Below are positions 63,169-64,000 of a stretch of 64,000 bases of DNA, piece by piece. Position numbers and translations under genes: made by a program. Position 1 is the stretch's first letter. Every line of letters starts with the position of its first letter. The DNA lies in the NCBI GenBank assembly GCA_002269645.1, contig NIVC01000462.1, positions 463,516 through 527,515 of the forward strand, read 5' to 3'. The DNA is from Macrostomum lignano. Its lineage: Eukaryota. The notes under the pieces are model-generated. The model saw nothing but the letters and a program-made list of their open reading frames with translations, did no database searches and had not been told where the DNA came from.

Positions 63169-63621
63169 ACGTTTCCTGAAAGTAATGCATAAGCTTTACA
63201 TGCTACTGAAAGTAGAGCACTGTCATATTGCTATAGTAAGTAAGAAAAATTAATCAGCTATAAAGATTGCATCATTCAGGTTCAAATACAGTAGAACAGA
63301 AGTCAGACCAAGCCATTGACGAACTTTCACTGTCACTTTCACTTTCTCCATTGAATGCTTTCCTTTATTATTCTGGTTTCCACAAGTTAAGCATTTTTGG
63401 GGTTGAACCTATCGTACAAATCGTACAACTTTCCCAGAAGGGCCTGTGCAGGTTTCCAAACTTCAATACATTTTTTCTTCCTAAGATTTTACTTTGATAA
63501 ACTTGCAAATCAGAAAGTGAAATTAAAAAGAAATGCATCTAGTAAACGTCTAACGATACTGTGAGTTTAGCGTCCTTATCTTGTATGGTTTAGTAGTTCT
63601 TGGTCAGCTCTTGACTTCGCT

Positions 63622-63840
63622 TGCGTGTTGTAGCCTATTGCTTTGAGCGTCGCAGACTCACGACTAAAAGGAGTCTCGACCAATTGGAAACAATTTTTGC
63701 CCTTCAGCAAGACAACTTAACTCTGTATAGCTTCAGTTCCCCAGCTGTAAAATGGGTGCTAGCATTAGCTGGGGTAATTGAGGGTGTGTGGCGAACTCCT
63801 AATTCTTGGACTGAACAGCCGTACGCAGCCTTCAGATGCC
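63622..63840 (+). mobile_element. tRNA-derived CORE-like SINE (degenerate)
   Basis: Homologous to the copies at 38423 and 57297, with the same 5' flank. Confidence 0.7.
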
Positions 63841-64000
63841 AAGCCTTCAGAGACTTTGATGCTAAAGCTCATAGGGATTGCTGATATCATAGACTACATA
63901 CTCGTAGCTGGCTTTCAGGGCTGATACTTTGCTTTATATACTCAGCAACAGTCAAAAGTTCCACCCTCCAAGCGAGATGAAAATTTTCTCACCTATTACG

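Overview
Eukaryotic (metazoan) genomic DNA, very rich in mini- and microsatellites. A flatworm such as Macrostomum is my inference from the NPF gene, the CsRn1-type retrotransposon and the short introns. Host genes: a single-exon ZMIZ/SP-RING gene (-), a 6-exon UCP4/SLC25A27 gene (+), an NPY/NPF precursor (-), a divergent PKA regulatory-subunit-like gene (-), and a cluster of small secreted WSC + PAN/Apple-like genes (four intact two-exon genes, called W1, W2, W3 and W5 here, plus one orphan exon, W4). Mobile DNA: a 3'-truncated CsRn1-clade Ty3/Gypsy element with a -1 frameshift signal, a Penelope-like 3' fragment ending in a minimal hammerhead ribozyme, a dead RTE-like LINE, Tc1 and Tol2-like hAT fragments, and CORE-type tRNA-SINEs. 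The main result is absent from the ORF track. Between W2 and W3 lies a decayed RAG1-like gene with collinear remnants of the N-terminal Zn-binding region, RING, nonamer-binding domain and catalytic core, and its C-terminal half is inverted. The two flanking WSC paralogs differ in short, dense, conversion-like patches set in otherwise identical sequence. Other oddities are an NPF precursor lacking the amidation glycine, a PKA-R-like protein lacking the RRxS inhibitor site, and a CpG-depleted domain with an internal CpG-retaining island. All alignments were done by eye against family sequences recalled from memory; no searches were run.
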